64,000 nt of DNA from Elsinoe ampelina (lineage: Eukaryota): assembly GCA_010093995.1 (NCBI GenBank), contig ML992505.1, forward strand, positions 1,532,670-1,596,669. Direction: 5' to 3'. Shown here one piece after another: positions 37,299 through 48,097 of this stretch (positions within the stretch are counted from its first letter, which is position 1; every line of letters starts with the position of its first letter). The notes beneath the pieces are model-generated. The model was not told the DNA's origin and did not search any database. It saw only the letters and a program-made list of their open reading frames with translations. The position numbers were made by a program, and so were the translations under genes.

Positions 37299-37947
37299 CG
37301 CTAAGATGCAGGATAGGTATGCTGATCAAGAATTGTGCATTCGTCTCGAGGAATACGATCTCATCCATCAAGCGAGCCGAGAGAGATGGTTGGGAATACA
37401 GGTGGATAATGCTGTGAGCAGTCTGACCCAGCAGTCTGGTTCCTTCAATTGCACTTGCCATGTCTACCTTAAAGATATCAGCTGACTGCAGCCAGGGCAG
37501 ATCAGCGACATTGGTACAAGGCATGTCATTCTTGCAAAGTATACAACTAAGGACTGACTGAATTCGAAAGCAAAAGAACAAAAAGCAATCTTCCCAAATC
37601 ATACTGTAAGCCATCAATGCATCCTAGCCTCTGCCATTCACTTGCACCTCGCCGTCAATTCCTCAACGATAGAAAACGTCTTCATCCGGCACTACTCATC
37701 TTCTGCTCCCTTGCCTCTTCTCTCGCAACAGATTCCATTCATGTAACAGTTCAGCCAGTGCAAAGTACCCCGAATCTGCGGCAGTGTGCCCGTTGATCTG
37801 TCCGACCGGCTGACGCTTGTCCTCGTCCTCGACGCGATTGAACGCCACGATAGATGATTGCTTTTGGCAGCTTCGACAGGTCGAATGGAAATGCTGGTAG
37901 GGCGAAGAGTGTTTTGAAATGCTTGAATCCTATGCAAACCAGGTCAA

Positions 37948-39323
37948 TCATGTAGGCATCCAGAGGCCTCGACCACCACGGGCACCACCGCGAGCCGGAG
38001 ATGGCCTGGCGAAGGAGTCCGGATCAATTGGACTCGACATCTGCTGCTGCACAGCACTACCACGACCGCGTCCAGACATGACCCCTCTGCCACGGTTCTG
38101 ACCATGTGAGACATTCCTTGGTGCACCGCGCGAAGGGCCGTTGAGTGATCCTCGAGGGGTACGAGAGCTCATGTTGTTGCTCAGACTCGCACGGCTCGGC
38201 TGGGGTGACTTCGTAAGGGCCGCAGGACCTTTCGGAGCGCGCTTGAGGAGGATCTCGTCCTCATCATCGCTGACACTGCCGTCGTTACCAACTGCAGGTG
38301 CAGTAGTCTGGGTAGCTTGACGGCTGACCGGGCGTCCGTTCACCTTGGTCTGATCACCTGAGCGGTTCGTGGCATGGCCCGAGTTGGATGTGGGACTGTC
38401 CTTCTGTTGAATAGCCTGTCTGTTGCGCGCATCCTGACTTTCGCGAGCGATGACATAGCGGATCTCCGAAAGTGTCTTGCTGCGAATGCCAAAGCGTTGA
38501 GCATGTCTGCGTAGGGCAGGATTATCAGAGAGGAAGATGAACGAGTCCAAAGCCTCGACCGGGTTGGTTTCCTGGTGAATGCGCCAGAGAATGTAATTGA
38601 TGAGCGGACGGATGCTGCTAGGGGTCTCATGTGAGGTCTTGTCGTCGGTGAAAGATGCCTGGTTCAGTGCCAGACTTGCTTTACTCTTCGGCGGGCTCGT
38701 TGGTGGGGACAGTGGGCTCGCAGATCGGCCACTCTGGAGAGAAGGCACAGTGGACTCACTTGCAAAAGACTCATTGGAGCTGAACGACTGGACGATGTCA
38801 TCAGTCGACCCTTGCAGCCCCAGCTTCTCCGTCTTGCTCACCACCTGCTCCACTTCTTCGGCTTCCTCCTTGTAGTCATCTTCAGAAAAGAGTGTCCTTG
38901 GCTGTGCAAACTTTTCGACTTCTGCCCAGGTCTCAAATCGCTCGAACCCTCCTTGGAGAGTGACAGAGTCAGGGTGCTTGGAGGTTGCATCATCCAGCCA
39001 CTGCAGGGCTTCCGAGGCGTCGCTTGCCGGCCTTCCTTTCCCTTCCTTCACACGAGATGTATGGTTGAGTGCTAAAATAATGTCAACATCCCGCCCTCGC
39101 GTATTCACCCGAGTGCAAACGGACCGAAGAGTGGCACAAACAACCTGATGCGACCGGCTGCAACCCATTTCGGAATTCCGTCTCGGGTACTCTTCTTTGA
39201 GCCTTGGATGAGGGCACTGTCATCGACAATACAGTTGAAGACCTTGCGCACAATGTTGCCTTGCTCTTGCGCCTGACGGAGGCCGTTGCCTCGAGAACGT
39301 GGTCGTGGTTCATTCACATCCAT
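37948..39323 (-). CDS. PIN-domain protein (Nmd4/SMG5-6-like PIN) with RGG tail, 2 coding exons
   Basis: FNCIVDDSALI, IRLFVPL, FIFLSDNPALRRHAQRFGI PIN-like strands and helices. Intron ~39124-39072. RGG C-terminus. Confidence 0.7.
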
Positions 39324-39943
39324 GATACTACCACCTCATACGTTCTGGCAGGATAGATGTCAGTGAATGTTCTGGTAGGGCATTTGAATGAAGTAGTGTA
39401 AGATCTCATCGCGTGAGATATGTAACCGGGAAGCACATGCCAGTACCGAGGGACTGGTAGTCAGGGCTGACTGAGCTGGCTGGCATACCTTGTATTGTGG
39501 TAGTGATTGTGCGTCTATGAGACGGACCGGATAGGGTGATTCAATAATCCTGGTAGTCCGACATTCAAGGCATGATCGCTAGGCGGTATTCATTTCATGT
39601 CCAAGGTGAGGTTGAATATAGCAATTACAACGGTGCGGCCGTGCATAGCGGCAGGAGGACCGCGATCGGGTAATTGCTTGTGAAAAGGGTATGCGCAAAT
39701 CGCTACGCTTGTCGGTGTGAGTTTGTAAGATGTGATCGCTCCCGCCAAAAGCACAAAATGTGGCGATGCTGGGAAAAGGCAAGAGTAGAAGGGGACGAGA
39801 ATCAACAATGACGATTGTGTTGAAGTGGGAGGGTCTGCACGCCAAGACTGCGGATATCGGAATTACTCCTTCGGGGCGAGGGGCTGCTGAAGGCATGTTA
39901 AGATTCATCGAAAACCTTCATCCTCGCAGATTTCCTGATTATT

Positions 39944-40666
39944 ATGGGACGGACTGTATTGGTTTCTGGAGCAGCCTCCGGCTTGGGCTTAGAATTTCTG
40001 CAACGCTACTCTACAGAGTCCTCCTCGAACCAGATCTACGGCATCGACATCAATCCTCTGTCAAAGGGTGATGAAGCAGAGAATATCACATTTCTCCAAG
40101 TCGACATCACATCCGAGTCGTCTCTGAAAGACCTAACGGCCTCTCTTGCAAACAAGCCAATCGATCTTCTTATCCACAGTGCAGGTATCCGAGGACTTGT
40201 ACCAGATCCTGAACGACAACATCATGGGGATATTGCAGCTTGCGAGACCCTGGGAGTAATGACGCCAGAGACAATGCAGAAGACCTTTGCGGTCAATTCT
40301 GTGGGTACATTCAACCTCATCAAAGCCTTGCTTCCAAATCTTCGGAAGAGTGCCAACAGCAAAGTTGTCGTGATATCCAGCCGGATGGGTAGCATTGGGC
40401 AGAACACATCAGGCAGTGCCTATGCCTATCGCGCTTCAAAAGCCGCCCAAAACTCAGTCGTCAAGAGTTTCAGTATCGATGTGCCAGAAGTCGCTTTTAT
40501 CCTTTGCCATCCTGGTCGAGTGGAGACAGGACTGGTACAATGGAAGGAAGAGGGTGCCATCAGTGTCGAGGAGAGCGTCAGCGGTCTCTTGCCTCTGATC
40601 GAGAGATGGGGCGAGAGCGATAGCGTCAAATTCTATGATCGGTTCGGGGAGCCGATCCTGTGGTAA
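39944..40666 (+). CDS. Short-chain dehydrogenase/reductase (CsgA/C-factor-like)
   Basis: VLVSGAASGLG, ISSRMGSIG, YRASKAA, HPGRVET. Confidence 0.9.
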   Translation: MGRTVLVSGAASGLGLEFLQRYSTESSSNQIYGIDINPLSKGDEAENITFLQVDITSESSLKDLTASLANKPIDLLIHSAGIRGLVPDPERQHHGDIAACETLGVMTPETMQKTFAVNSVGTFNLIKALLPNLRKSANSKVVVISSRMGSIGQNTSGSAYAYRASKAAQNSVVKSFSIDVPEVAFILCHPGRVETGLVQWKEEGAISVEESVSGLLPLIERWGESDSVKFYDRFGEPILW

Positions 40667-40672
40667 TGTCCC

Positions 40673-41281
40673 TCAGAGCATGGAGCTCTTCGCCATGACT
40701 TCTTGAAGGTGCTTTAGACGCTCGGTATAAACTTCGATATCCGATTCGAGCCTTTGCACGACATCTTCCGGTTCTTCCGTAATTTTATCCTTGCCGCCCT
40801 GCTTCTTAGCCTCTGCCCCTTCCACCTTCAACATCAGTCCTTCGGTCGCTGCCTCTGCCCCAGCTTCGGTCCAGGATGGTGCCTGTGCGATGCTCGCTTG
40901 TGATATTTGCCATGCGCTGCTTAGACTGTGCGCAGATTTGATTGTCTTACCATCGTTTGCGACGTCCAACAATACCAGACGATGATTGGGGTCCTCCCCT
41001 TCTGGTTGTAGCGTGTCGATGATGGATGACGTGAGTGTATCGGGATCGTCGTCGGAGAAGATGTAGTGTACAGCTGGGTGAAAGTGTTCGCCGGTCTGAG
41101 TATCCTCTACAAGTGTGAAGAACGGACGGAAGTGAGCGGGCGGAAGCAGCAATCCGTCCGGGGCGCTCTGATAGTTGTCGTCAACTTGGGAGTCAACAAC
41201 AGTACTCGGATGTTGCTCAGGTGCCGGTGTCCCAGATTCCTCCGGTTGCATAGGCTGTGCGCCTATATTGTCCGAGGACAT
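40673..41281 (-). CDS. Hypothetical protein, possible Atg31 (Cis1)-like autophagy scaffold subunit
   Basis: 202-aa ORF with FHPAVHYIFSDDD, LVLLDVANDG, SLSSAWQI, LMLKVEG and a C-terminal helix. Motif order resembles yeast Atg31 as recalled. Confidence 0.6.
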   Translation of the reverse strand: MSSDNIGAQPMQPEESGTPAPEQHPSTVVDSQVDDNYQSAPDGLLLPPAHFRPFFTLVEDTQTGEHFHPAVHYIFSDDDPDTLTSSIIDTLQPEGEDPNHRLVLLDVANDGKTIKSAHSLSSAWQISQASIAQAPSWTEAGAEAATEGLMLKVEGAEAKKQGGKDKITEEPEDVVQRLESDIEVYTERLKHLQEVMAKSSML

Positions 41282-41476
41282 GGCCGCAGAATGTGTAAGA
41301 AGTAGAAGGAGAGAGAATAGGCAGCTCAAAGGTACTAGGTACGGAGTCTGCCCCGCCGGAGCCGCAATGAACTAATTGCCCGGCCTTGGCACTCCTGGTG
41401 AGGAACGATTTGAGCACTTGAGTGGTGCTTGTTACAAGTACGTTGTGTCGGTCTCTCGTCGGCCTCGAATGAACTT

Positions 41477-41803
41477 TCAGACCTCAGTCATGGACTGCTC
41501 GACAGATGCAGCGTTGGTGTTGGTGTTGCTGTCCTTGACAGAATCCAGCGGACGCTCTTCGAACACTTGTCGACACATAGGACACTTGCCTTGACTTGAC
41601 TCCTGTTGGAGCCAGGCTTCCAGACAGTGTTTGTGAAATGAGTGTGCGCAAACTCCGGAAATGATAGGACAATCGTCTCCAGGAAATCTGCACTTTGGAC
41701 AGGTCCCGTCGAATTGAACACGGCAAATACCGCAAAGGTCGTCTTCAGGGAGGTCCCAACGCCAGGCTGCTACAGCATGGTAGGAGAGGATCTTGACTTT
41801 CAT
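41477..41803 (-). CDS. APC11: Anaphase-promoting complex RING-H2 subunit 11
   Basis: MKVKILSYHAVAAWRW...CGICRVQFDGTCPKCRFPGDDCP...CAHSFHKHC...W...CPMCRQ. Confidence 0.95.
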   Translation of the reverse strand: MKVKILSYHAVAAWRWDLPEDDLCGICRVQFDGTCPKCRFPGDDCPIISGVCAHSFHKHCLEAWLQQESSQGKCPMCRQVFEERPLDSVKDSNTNTNAASVEQSMTEV

Positions 41804-42059
41804 TTCATGGACACCAGTTCTGCAGAGGTGCTGTATCCTGATGATGGCAAGAGCCTGTACTCGAGTAAACAGATCTTCATCCTCAAGCGCGCGGCTATCG
41901 CGTTCACCCGACTCGGAGTTTTCTCGGCGGAGCTCACCTCGCCTCATGCAGATCCCCCGCATATTGCGAGCTCTCATCCCGAAATAATCTCAACAACCTT
42001 CATCTCACTCTCTCAGGCCATTGACCTGGCTCATTCCTTCATGAATACCCTATAGCCAC

Positions 42060-43050
42060 AGACGCCATGCTCGCATCACTTCTCCGTCCTACCAGAATCC
42101 CCTCAATCACCCTCCGCTCCCACACGCTCCCCTTCTCACTCCGCAAAATGTCCACCTCCCCCCTCCAAACCTACCTCGTCTCCCCCTCCACCGCCCACTC
42201 CGCCCTCCGCTCCTCCCCCTCAACCCTCATCCCGATATCAGCCGCCTGGTTCCTCCCCACCTCCCCGCAAACAGGCCGCAATTCCTTCCTCGCCTCTCAC
42301 ATCCCTTCCTCGCGCTTCTTCGACCTCGACGCCATCTCCGACCCCACCTCGCCCTACCCCCACATGCTCCCCACCGCAGCCGACTTCTCGGCGCACATCT
42401 CCGCCCTCGGCATCGCCAATACAGACCACCTCCTCATCTACGACGCCGCGGAGTCAGGCCTCTTCTCCGCCCCGAGAGTGGCGTGGACGTTCCGCGTCTT
42501 TGGGCACAAAGGGGGCGTACACGTGCTGAATAACTTCAAGACGTGGGTGGAGGAGGGGCTGCCGACGGAGGGTGGCGAGGAGGCGGTGTTTGAGCGGAAG
42601 ATGTACGAGGCTACGGGGCCGGAGAAGGGGATGGTTGCGGATTTCGAGAAGGTGAGGGATATTGCGAGGAAGAATTTCTGGGAGGGACAGGATGCGGCAA
42701 ACGCGTTGGTGGTGGATGCGAGGAGTAAAGGGAGATGGGCGGGGACGGATCCCGAGCCGAGGAAGGGGTTGAGTAGTGGGCATGTGCCGGGGAGCTTGTC
42801 TTTGCCGTTTACGGAGGTGTTGGACGAGAAGGGGAGGATGAAGGGGAGGGAGGAGTTGAGGACGTTGTTCGAGGGTAAAGGGATAAAGGGGGATAGGGAG
42901 ATTGTGACGAGTTGCGGGACCGGGGTGACGGCTAGTGTAGTAGAGGCGGCACTGAGGGAGGCGGGGTTGGCAGAAGGGAAGAGGAGGGTGTACGATGGCA
43001 GTTGGACGGAGTATGCTCAGAGGGCGGCTGGAATAGAGGGCTTGATTGAG
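42060..43050. other. Skew-switch domain (switch ~42480)
   Basis: C-rich 42060-42460, G-rich 42540-43050. Confidence 0.85.
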
Positions 43051-43062
43051 AAAAGCGAATGA
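42067..43062 (+). CDS. TUM1: Thiosulfate/3-mercaptopyruvate sulfurtransferase (tandem rhodanese)
   Basis: PHMLP, DARSKGRW.G..PEPR, SGHVPG, catalytic SCGTGVTA, YDGSWTE. Mitochondrial-type presequence. Confidence 0.92.
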   Translation: MLASLLRPTRIPSITLRSHTLPFSLRKMSTSPLQTYLVSPSTAHSALRSSPSTLIPISAAWFLPTSPQTGRNSFLASHIPSSRFFDLDAISDPTSPYPHMLPTAADFSAHISALGIANTDHLLIYDAAESGLFSAPRVAWTFRVFGHKGGVHVLNNFKTWVEEGLPTEGGEEAVFERKMYEATGPEKGMVADFEKVRDIARKNFWEGQDAANALVVDARSKGRWAGTDPEPRKGLSSGHVPGSLSLPFTEVLDEKGRMKGREELRTLFEGKGIKGDREIVTSCGTGVTASVVEAALREAGLAEGKRRVYDGSWTEYAQRAAGIEGLIEKSE

Positions 43063-43220
43063 GATGAGGACGAATTCTTATGCAGCGATTCAGCGGATCT
43101 GGCATGGTCAAAACTTCATGAACCAGGAATGTATGATATTGGTAGAAGCGACAGAATATTCTGGTACAATGATCCCACGCCGCATGGAACTACCAGTGCC
43201 GATCATATCTTGCCCATACT

Positions 43221-44215
43221 CTATCTGGCCGGTGGCGGCGGCGGCACCTCTCCCTCCTTCCCCGGCTCCGGAGCAGGAGCCCCAGTAGCCTCACTACCAC
43301 CCTGCGCATCCGGCGGTCCATTCGCGCTCGTATAAGCTTCATTTGTCGCCAACGTCCTCCCCCTAGGATCAACCGTCGACGGCCATTGCGGGCTTCCATG
43401 GACCTTATCAAGCGCGGCCTCCTCAGGCGATCCCCATTCCAGATCCATGATTGTCAGTTGCGCTGCTTTGTCGAAATCGAGTGACTCTTGCTCTTCCGGG
43501 GAGTTGGCTTTGATGCGTTCCCCGCCAGTGTACCAGATCTTGGCTTCAGGGATCGAGGCTTCGAGCATCCCGGACCCATTATCGGTCAGCTCGAGGGGGG
43601 AGAGGAGGGCGAAGTAGTATGCGAACATGCTGGGTCATGGTCAGAAGACGGTCTCCTAGCAGGGGCTGGTAGGACTTACTCTTCCACGTAGAAACGACCG
43701 TATTCGATAGCTGGTTTACCTGAACCTCCCGGCTGGCCTTTGGGAAAGTAGGTGATGATGGGTCCAATGGCGTCTTCTCCCGCTGGAGCGCAGCCTCCTT
43801 CGATACCTCCATCTTCGACACTCTTACCGGGGAGCTTGAGCTCGCAAGTGCCCTCATAGTCGTCGTCTTTGACATGGAGTGTCAAGCTGCCTTCCTCTGC
43901 ACTCTCGCCTTTCTGACTAAGCTTGATATCGGTCAGTTCGATGGCGGGCACCATATTCTGTGACCAGGTGGCGATATCGTCTTTGCAGGTATCGTAGCCT
44001 GGAGGTGCTTGTTCACATGCTTCATTGTAAGTCGATACTGAGGTGAAGCTGCTGGTTGTGGCGGTCGATGTCCCTTCCTCGGCGGAATATGTTGCTTCCG
44101 GTGAGGGTGACTCGGTGCCAGGAGGTTGATCTGCCGGAGGTTGGTCAACGACACCCTGAGGCAGAGCCAGCGTGGCTGTAGCAGTGGCGAGCAGCACTAC
44201 CAGTAACGATTTCAT
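43221..44215 (-). CDS. Secreted acidic hypothetical protein, 2 exons (effector candidate)
   Basis: Signal peptide MKSLLVVLLATATATLALP, four Cys. Intron 43680-43630 (GTAAGT...CTGAC...CAG) joins FYVED to MFAYYF in frame. Confidence 0.7.
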
Positions 44216-45113
44216 GGTGCTCGGATGTGGTCGATGTGAAATCGTAAAAGGGTGATAAGAAAACAGGTTAATACTTATGTTTTTGAGCACCAAGGAAATT
44301 GTCAAGGATCACCTACTCAACCAATGAATGCAAAATCCAGCATCCGGATTTACAGTCTAGCATCTATAAATCGTGCAGGAGATCTCTTCAACGCCTTGCC
44401 AGGATGGCGGATTTGCTTGACAGGTTGGGCGGAAATGTCTGGCCATGCTGTGGGCCACGTGTGCAGAGATCCTTGACGTGTTAGTTGTTTGAATCAAGGC
44501 GAGATACGTTCCAGGGTTACAGAGACGCTTCGATGAAGGCCTCACGTGGAACCTTAGGCTAAAAGTGTGTCGATTGACGGTAGGCGAGGCAAAATTTCAG
44601 CGTGCTGGGGCAAACAAGTTTGCACTTCAAAGATTGAACAACAGTAGCCATATATTTGGATATGCTCAATCTGGTAAGTGTCCGATGGGACTAGGGCAGA
44701 CGCATCATGACAGCTCTTCATGGGCGACGAGGTTGATGGAATACGGGGTTGATGAGATGAGGATGAATTGTTAAAAGACACATCGGGGTCAAAAGGCCCG
44801 ACATTCGCCGAACCAGGCGCACCCTCATGAGGCCCTCTCAGTTCACCCTGTCCAACAATAGCCAGATCCCCCAAGACATTTTGGTCTATCAGACACTTGA
44901 TTCATCAAGTTTAAGCACCGCGTGTCTTGTCGCTGTAAGTACACGCATCCCTTTCTGGAATAGGTCACACCGCTTTGATGGCAATTCTACATTGCCATCG
45001 ACGAATTTTCATCATTGCGTGATAATGTCTGTCCTGATGAAACACAATTGTTGTCATGCCCTCGTACTACAGGTCTGTGGAAGCACTATCAGGCTGCCGC
45101 AAGGGCATCTATA

Positions 45114-45775
45114 TCAATAAGGTTGGAGGTGCGGCCCTAGTTCTGTCCCACTTGATTCTGCGCACTCGTTCTCAAGCTTGTCGTAAGCCTCGTCCATTGC
45201 TGGGAAATCAGCTGTGCGGAACTCTCCACCCGTGTAATACGCTGAAGCTGACTCTGCCTGGCCGCCTGGAGTGTCTTCACCCTGGATCTTTTGTGTTCCG
45301 AGATTTTCGATCTGAAAGAATGCGCTGTACTGTACGAATCGGCTAGCCACTCGGTCAGTATCCTCACGACAGCCGTCAAGGCCAACTACTCACCATTTCT
45401 CCTCATAGACTTGACCCTCGTGTTATAGAGAACACAGACGCAGGAGCGAGCTCTGATTGGCACTGTGTTTGTGCATGTTATACTCGGGCTTTGTTTCAGA
45501 GATGTTTGCGAGCATGTTGTTGGAGGATTCCTACTGCGTACAGTCACCGAGATCGTGCTGCGGGTTATCAATATACGTTTCCCTAGAAGCACAGGGCTCG
45601 CCTGACTAGACGTCCGAGAAGTATTGAGTGGAATGGGTCGCCTGAAGCACAACAGCGGCCTGGATTTGCTCGCGTCAGTACAAGTGGCCAACATCGTGGA
45701 AGCTACCACCTCCGAATTTTATGGCTCGTTGGTCATGCTTGCATCTTCTCTTACCAAACGTTTTGGTTGGGCATG
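45114..45775 (-). pseudogene. Probable degraded spliced gene relic
   Basis: Two canonical-looking introns (GTAAGA...TACTGAC...CAG ~45754-45660; GTGAGT...TACTGAC...TAG ~45393-45343). The more protein-like frame carries TAG, TAG and TAA stops. Confidence 0.35.
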
Positions 45776-46289
45776 GCGCGTTTTAGCCTTGTGTGGCAGA
45801 CGACATTTCCTACTTGCTTAGGAGCTTGCGAATCCACGCATACTGATAGTTGGGATAACTGCTACAACTTGAGTTCAGATCAGGTGCAGCAATTGTGTTC
45901 GACATCTTGCAAGGCCGCATGCCGCAGCAGACCGTGGGATCTTGAGGCGAGTTCGAAGCGGCGGTACGTTTCACAATGTCTCGGGTATCCAAGTCCCCTG
46001 GATGGGGCATTTCGCATCCTGTGCGCGCGATGGGAGAGTAAAAAGGGACATGGCGGAGTGCCCTAGTTGACGGCTAGGATACGTAGGCCCAAGATACCAC
46101 GTATACCCACATCCTACCACATCTCCTGCTTCACATATCGTGGCAAATTCCGTTTGGTCCAGGACCCGTTCTGAATTCTGGTGGCTGCGAATTGTATGTG
46201 CATGGTCCAAGTAGTACAAGCAGACATTGGCAGGCACGAAAGAGGACGGAAAGATCAAGAAGCGAAGCAAGACTTTACGTCGGCTGAAT

Positions 46290-46770
46290 GTTGTGCCGAT
46301 TATATGATACCTTAGTAAGCGGTGAGATATCGCCGGAAATATACCGACCGCCGGAGGTAAAAGATAGAAGAAAGAAGAGGAGTACTAATCAAGCCTAGTA
46401 TTAGGGCAGATTCAGACACTCCAATTGGCTTTAGACAGGGTTAACCCTAAAGTGGCCATAAGTAGGCCCTGGAAGAGGCTCGGCGTGCCTTTGACGTCCG
46501 CCGGAGGTGTAAATAGTGCTCCAATTACTCGGCCTTAGGGAGCCCTCAGAGATGGTTACTGCTATAGCTATCAAACTCCTCTAACTGCTCGAGCTTTAGC
46601 ACTAGCCTTTCCTACTACAGCTAGCGATTCAGCCTAGCGGCGATTGTTAAGCCTCTAGCGATTCACAAAGTAAACGCACAAAGATTATCACGCCAAGGAG
46701 TCATCAGATTGTCAACAATCGCACGAAAGTAAACGGCCTCTTAGAGTACTGTGAGGCACTACTATAACAT
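46290..46770. other. TpA-rich, ORF-free patch, possible RIP-mutated repeat remnant
   Basis: Dense TA/CTAG/TAA, no ORF in the track, short repeats ccgccggaggt (46348, 46498) and ctagcgattc (46621, 46655). Confidence 0.45.
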
Positions 46771-47155
46771 CGTCACAAAAGTTTGGGTCATGCATTGCAT
46801 GGTCCATCCACGCCAGTGAGTTACGTGCCCTAAATCTCATCAAAATCTGCGTTACGGTGCGGAACCTTCTGGCACGGTTTCTCGCTGTGTGAGCATCAGG
46901 TACATTAGTCGTGCTTACCTACAGTCTACGAACACGACACGAGCACTTGACTGCCATTCACGAGAAGGGGAATGCTATTCAAAATAGCATTTCCCTCAAG
47001 AGAAGTTTTCAAACCTAGTGTAATTACTCGACTAGGGCTGCGCTCCGAGAGTGCATATATAGCAGACATGTATCTCAGCAGACTGTCTCTGTCCATCATC
47101 GCTTCGTCAATCGCCACTTCTCACACCTTCAAGACTCTGCTCGATATCCAACGTC

Positions 47156-47527
47156 ATGAAATTCTCCGTAGCTTCAGCACTACCACTCTATTTCCTGGTC
47201 TTGGAAGCCACTGCTGCTTGCACGCGAGTCGGTAACGGAGCCGGCAATCTGGGTCTGAAATGCAAGTCCTATACAGCGCCAACTAAGCTACTCCAAACCG
47301 TCTCCAGCGATTCCAATGCGCTGTCGATCCAATACGTCGCCAATCCTGCAGGGACATTCCAGTATCGCTGTAAGAACAACATGGCCTACGACATCAATTA
47401 CGGGGTTCAATACTGGAACCCGGGCCCGCAGAGCAACGCCTGGCAAACATTTACCATCAAGGCCGGCACATCCGACTGTGTTTTCAATCTCCCCGGTCAC
47501 ATGGAGGTGTTCAAGCTCACTTGTTGA
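47156..47527 (+). CDS. Small secreted cysteine-containing protein (effector candidate)
   Basis: 123 aa, signal peptide MKFSVASALPLYFLVLEATAA, five Cys including a terminal Cys, TATA-like gcatatatag at ~47053. Confidence 0.75.
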   Translation: MKFSVASALPLYFLVLEATAACTRVGNGAGNLGLKCKSYTAPTKLLQTVSSDSNALSIQYVANPAGTFQYRCKNNMAYDINYGVQYWNPGPQSNAWQTFTIKAGTSDCVFNLPGHMEVFKLTC

Positions 47528-48097
47528 TTGGCCTTCCGATCAATGAGGATGTCGTTTACTATCCACTTGCATGCACCTACCAGACAACTGGACATGTCGT
47601 GGTGCCGTCGAACCCGACATCGGATTTAGTACTCTTTCCAGGTCTTGATTAGAAATAAGCAAGATTTAGAAATGATCAATACGGGTAGATGATGAGACAT
47701 GGGTAGTAATATAATCACAACGTCTTCGTGCATTTGAATTCAGTGCATTTCTGACGCAATCTTGCCTATTGTTTGGACATAGTTAATCGTAAGCTTCGAT
47801 CTGACATTTGCGGGCGCTCTTGGAGGTACAGTAGAAAGCTGTTCATGATGGAAGGTCGGAAAGGAGGTCGAGCATGCACTTCGGGCGAATGTTGTGCCGA
47901 TGGTTTGCCGCCACGACTTCCCCTCACCTTCATCCTCCAACACGGCAGCTAATCCCCAATCTTCCAAAGTAAGTATACTGTCTCTGAAATGCATCTGGGG
48001 CTTCAGCACCTGGTAGGATTAAAGCATCTCTTGTTGATCTCCAAGTCTTTACCTGCGCGCATGCTAGAGTGAGGACGAGGGTGCATCTCTATTAGCC

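Noticed and set aside
46438..46450. Telomere-like gggttaaccctaa
   Set aside because: Fewer than two full repeat units, expected by chance in TA-rich sequence.
47262..47307. Possible GC-AG intron in the small secreted protein
   Set aside because: It is 46 nt, would shift into a less protein-like frame, and has no good branch site. The unspliced ORF is coherent.
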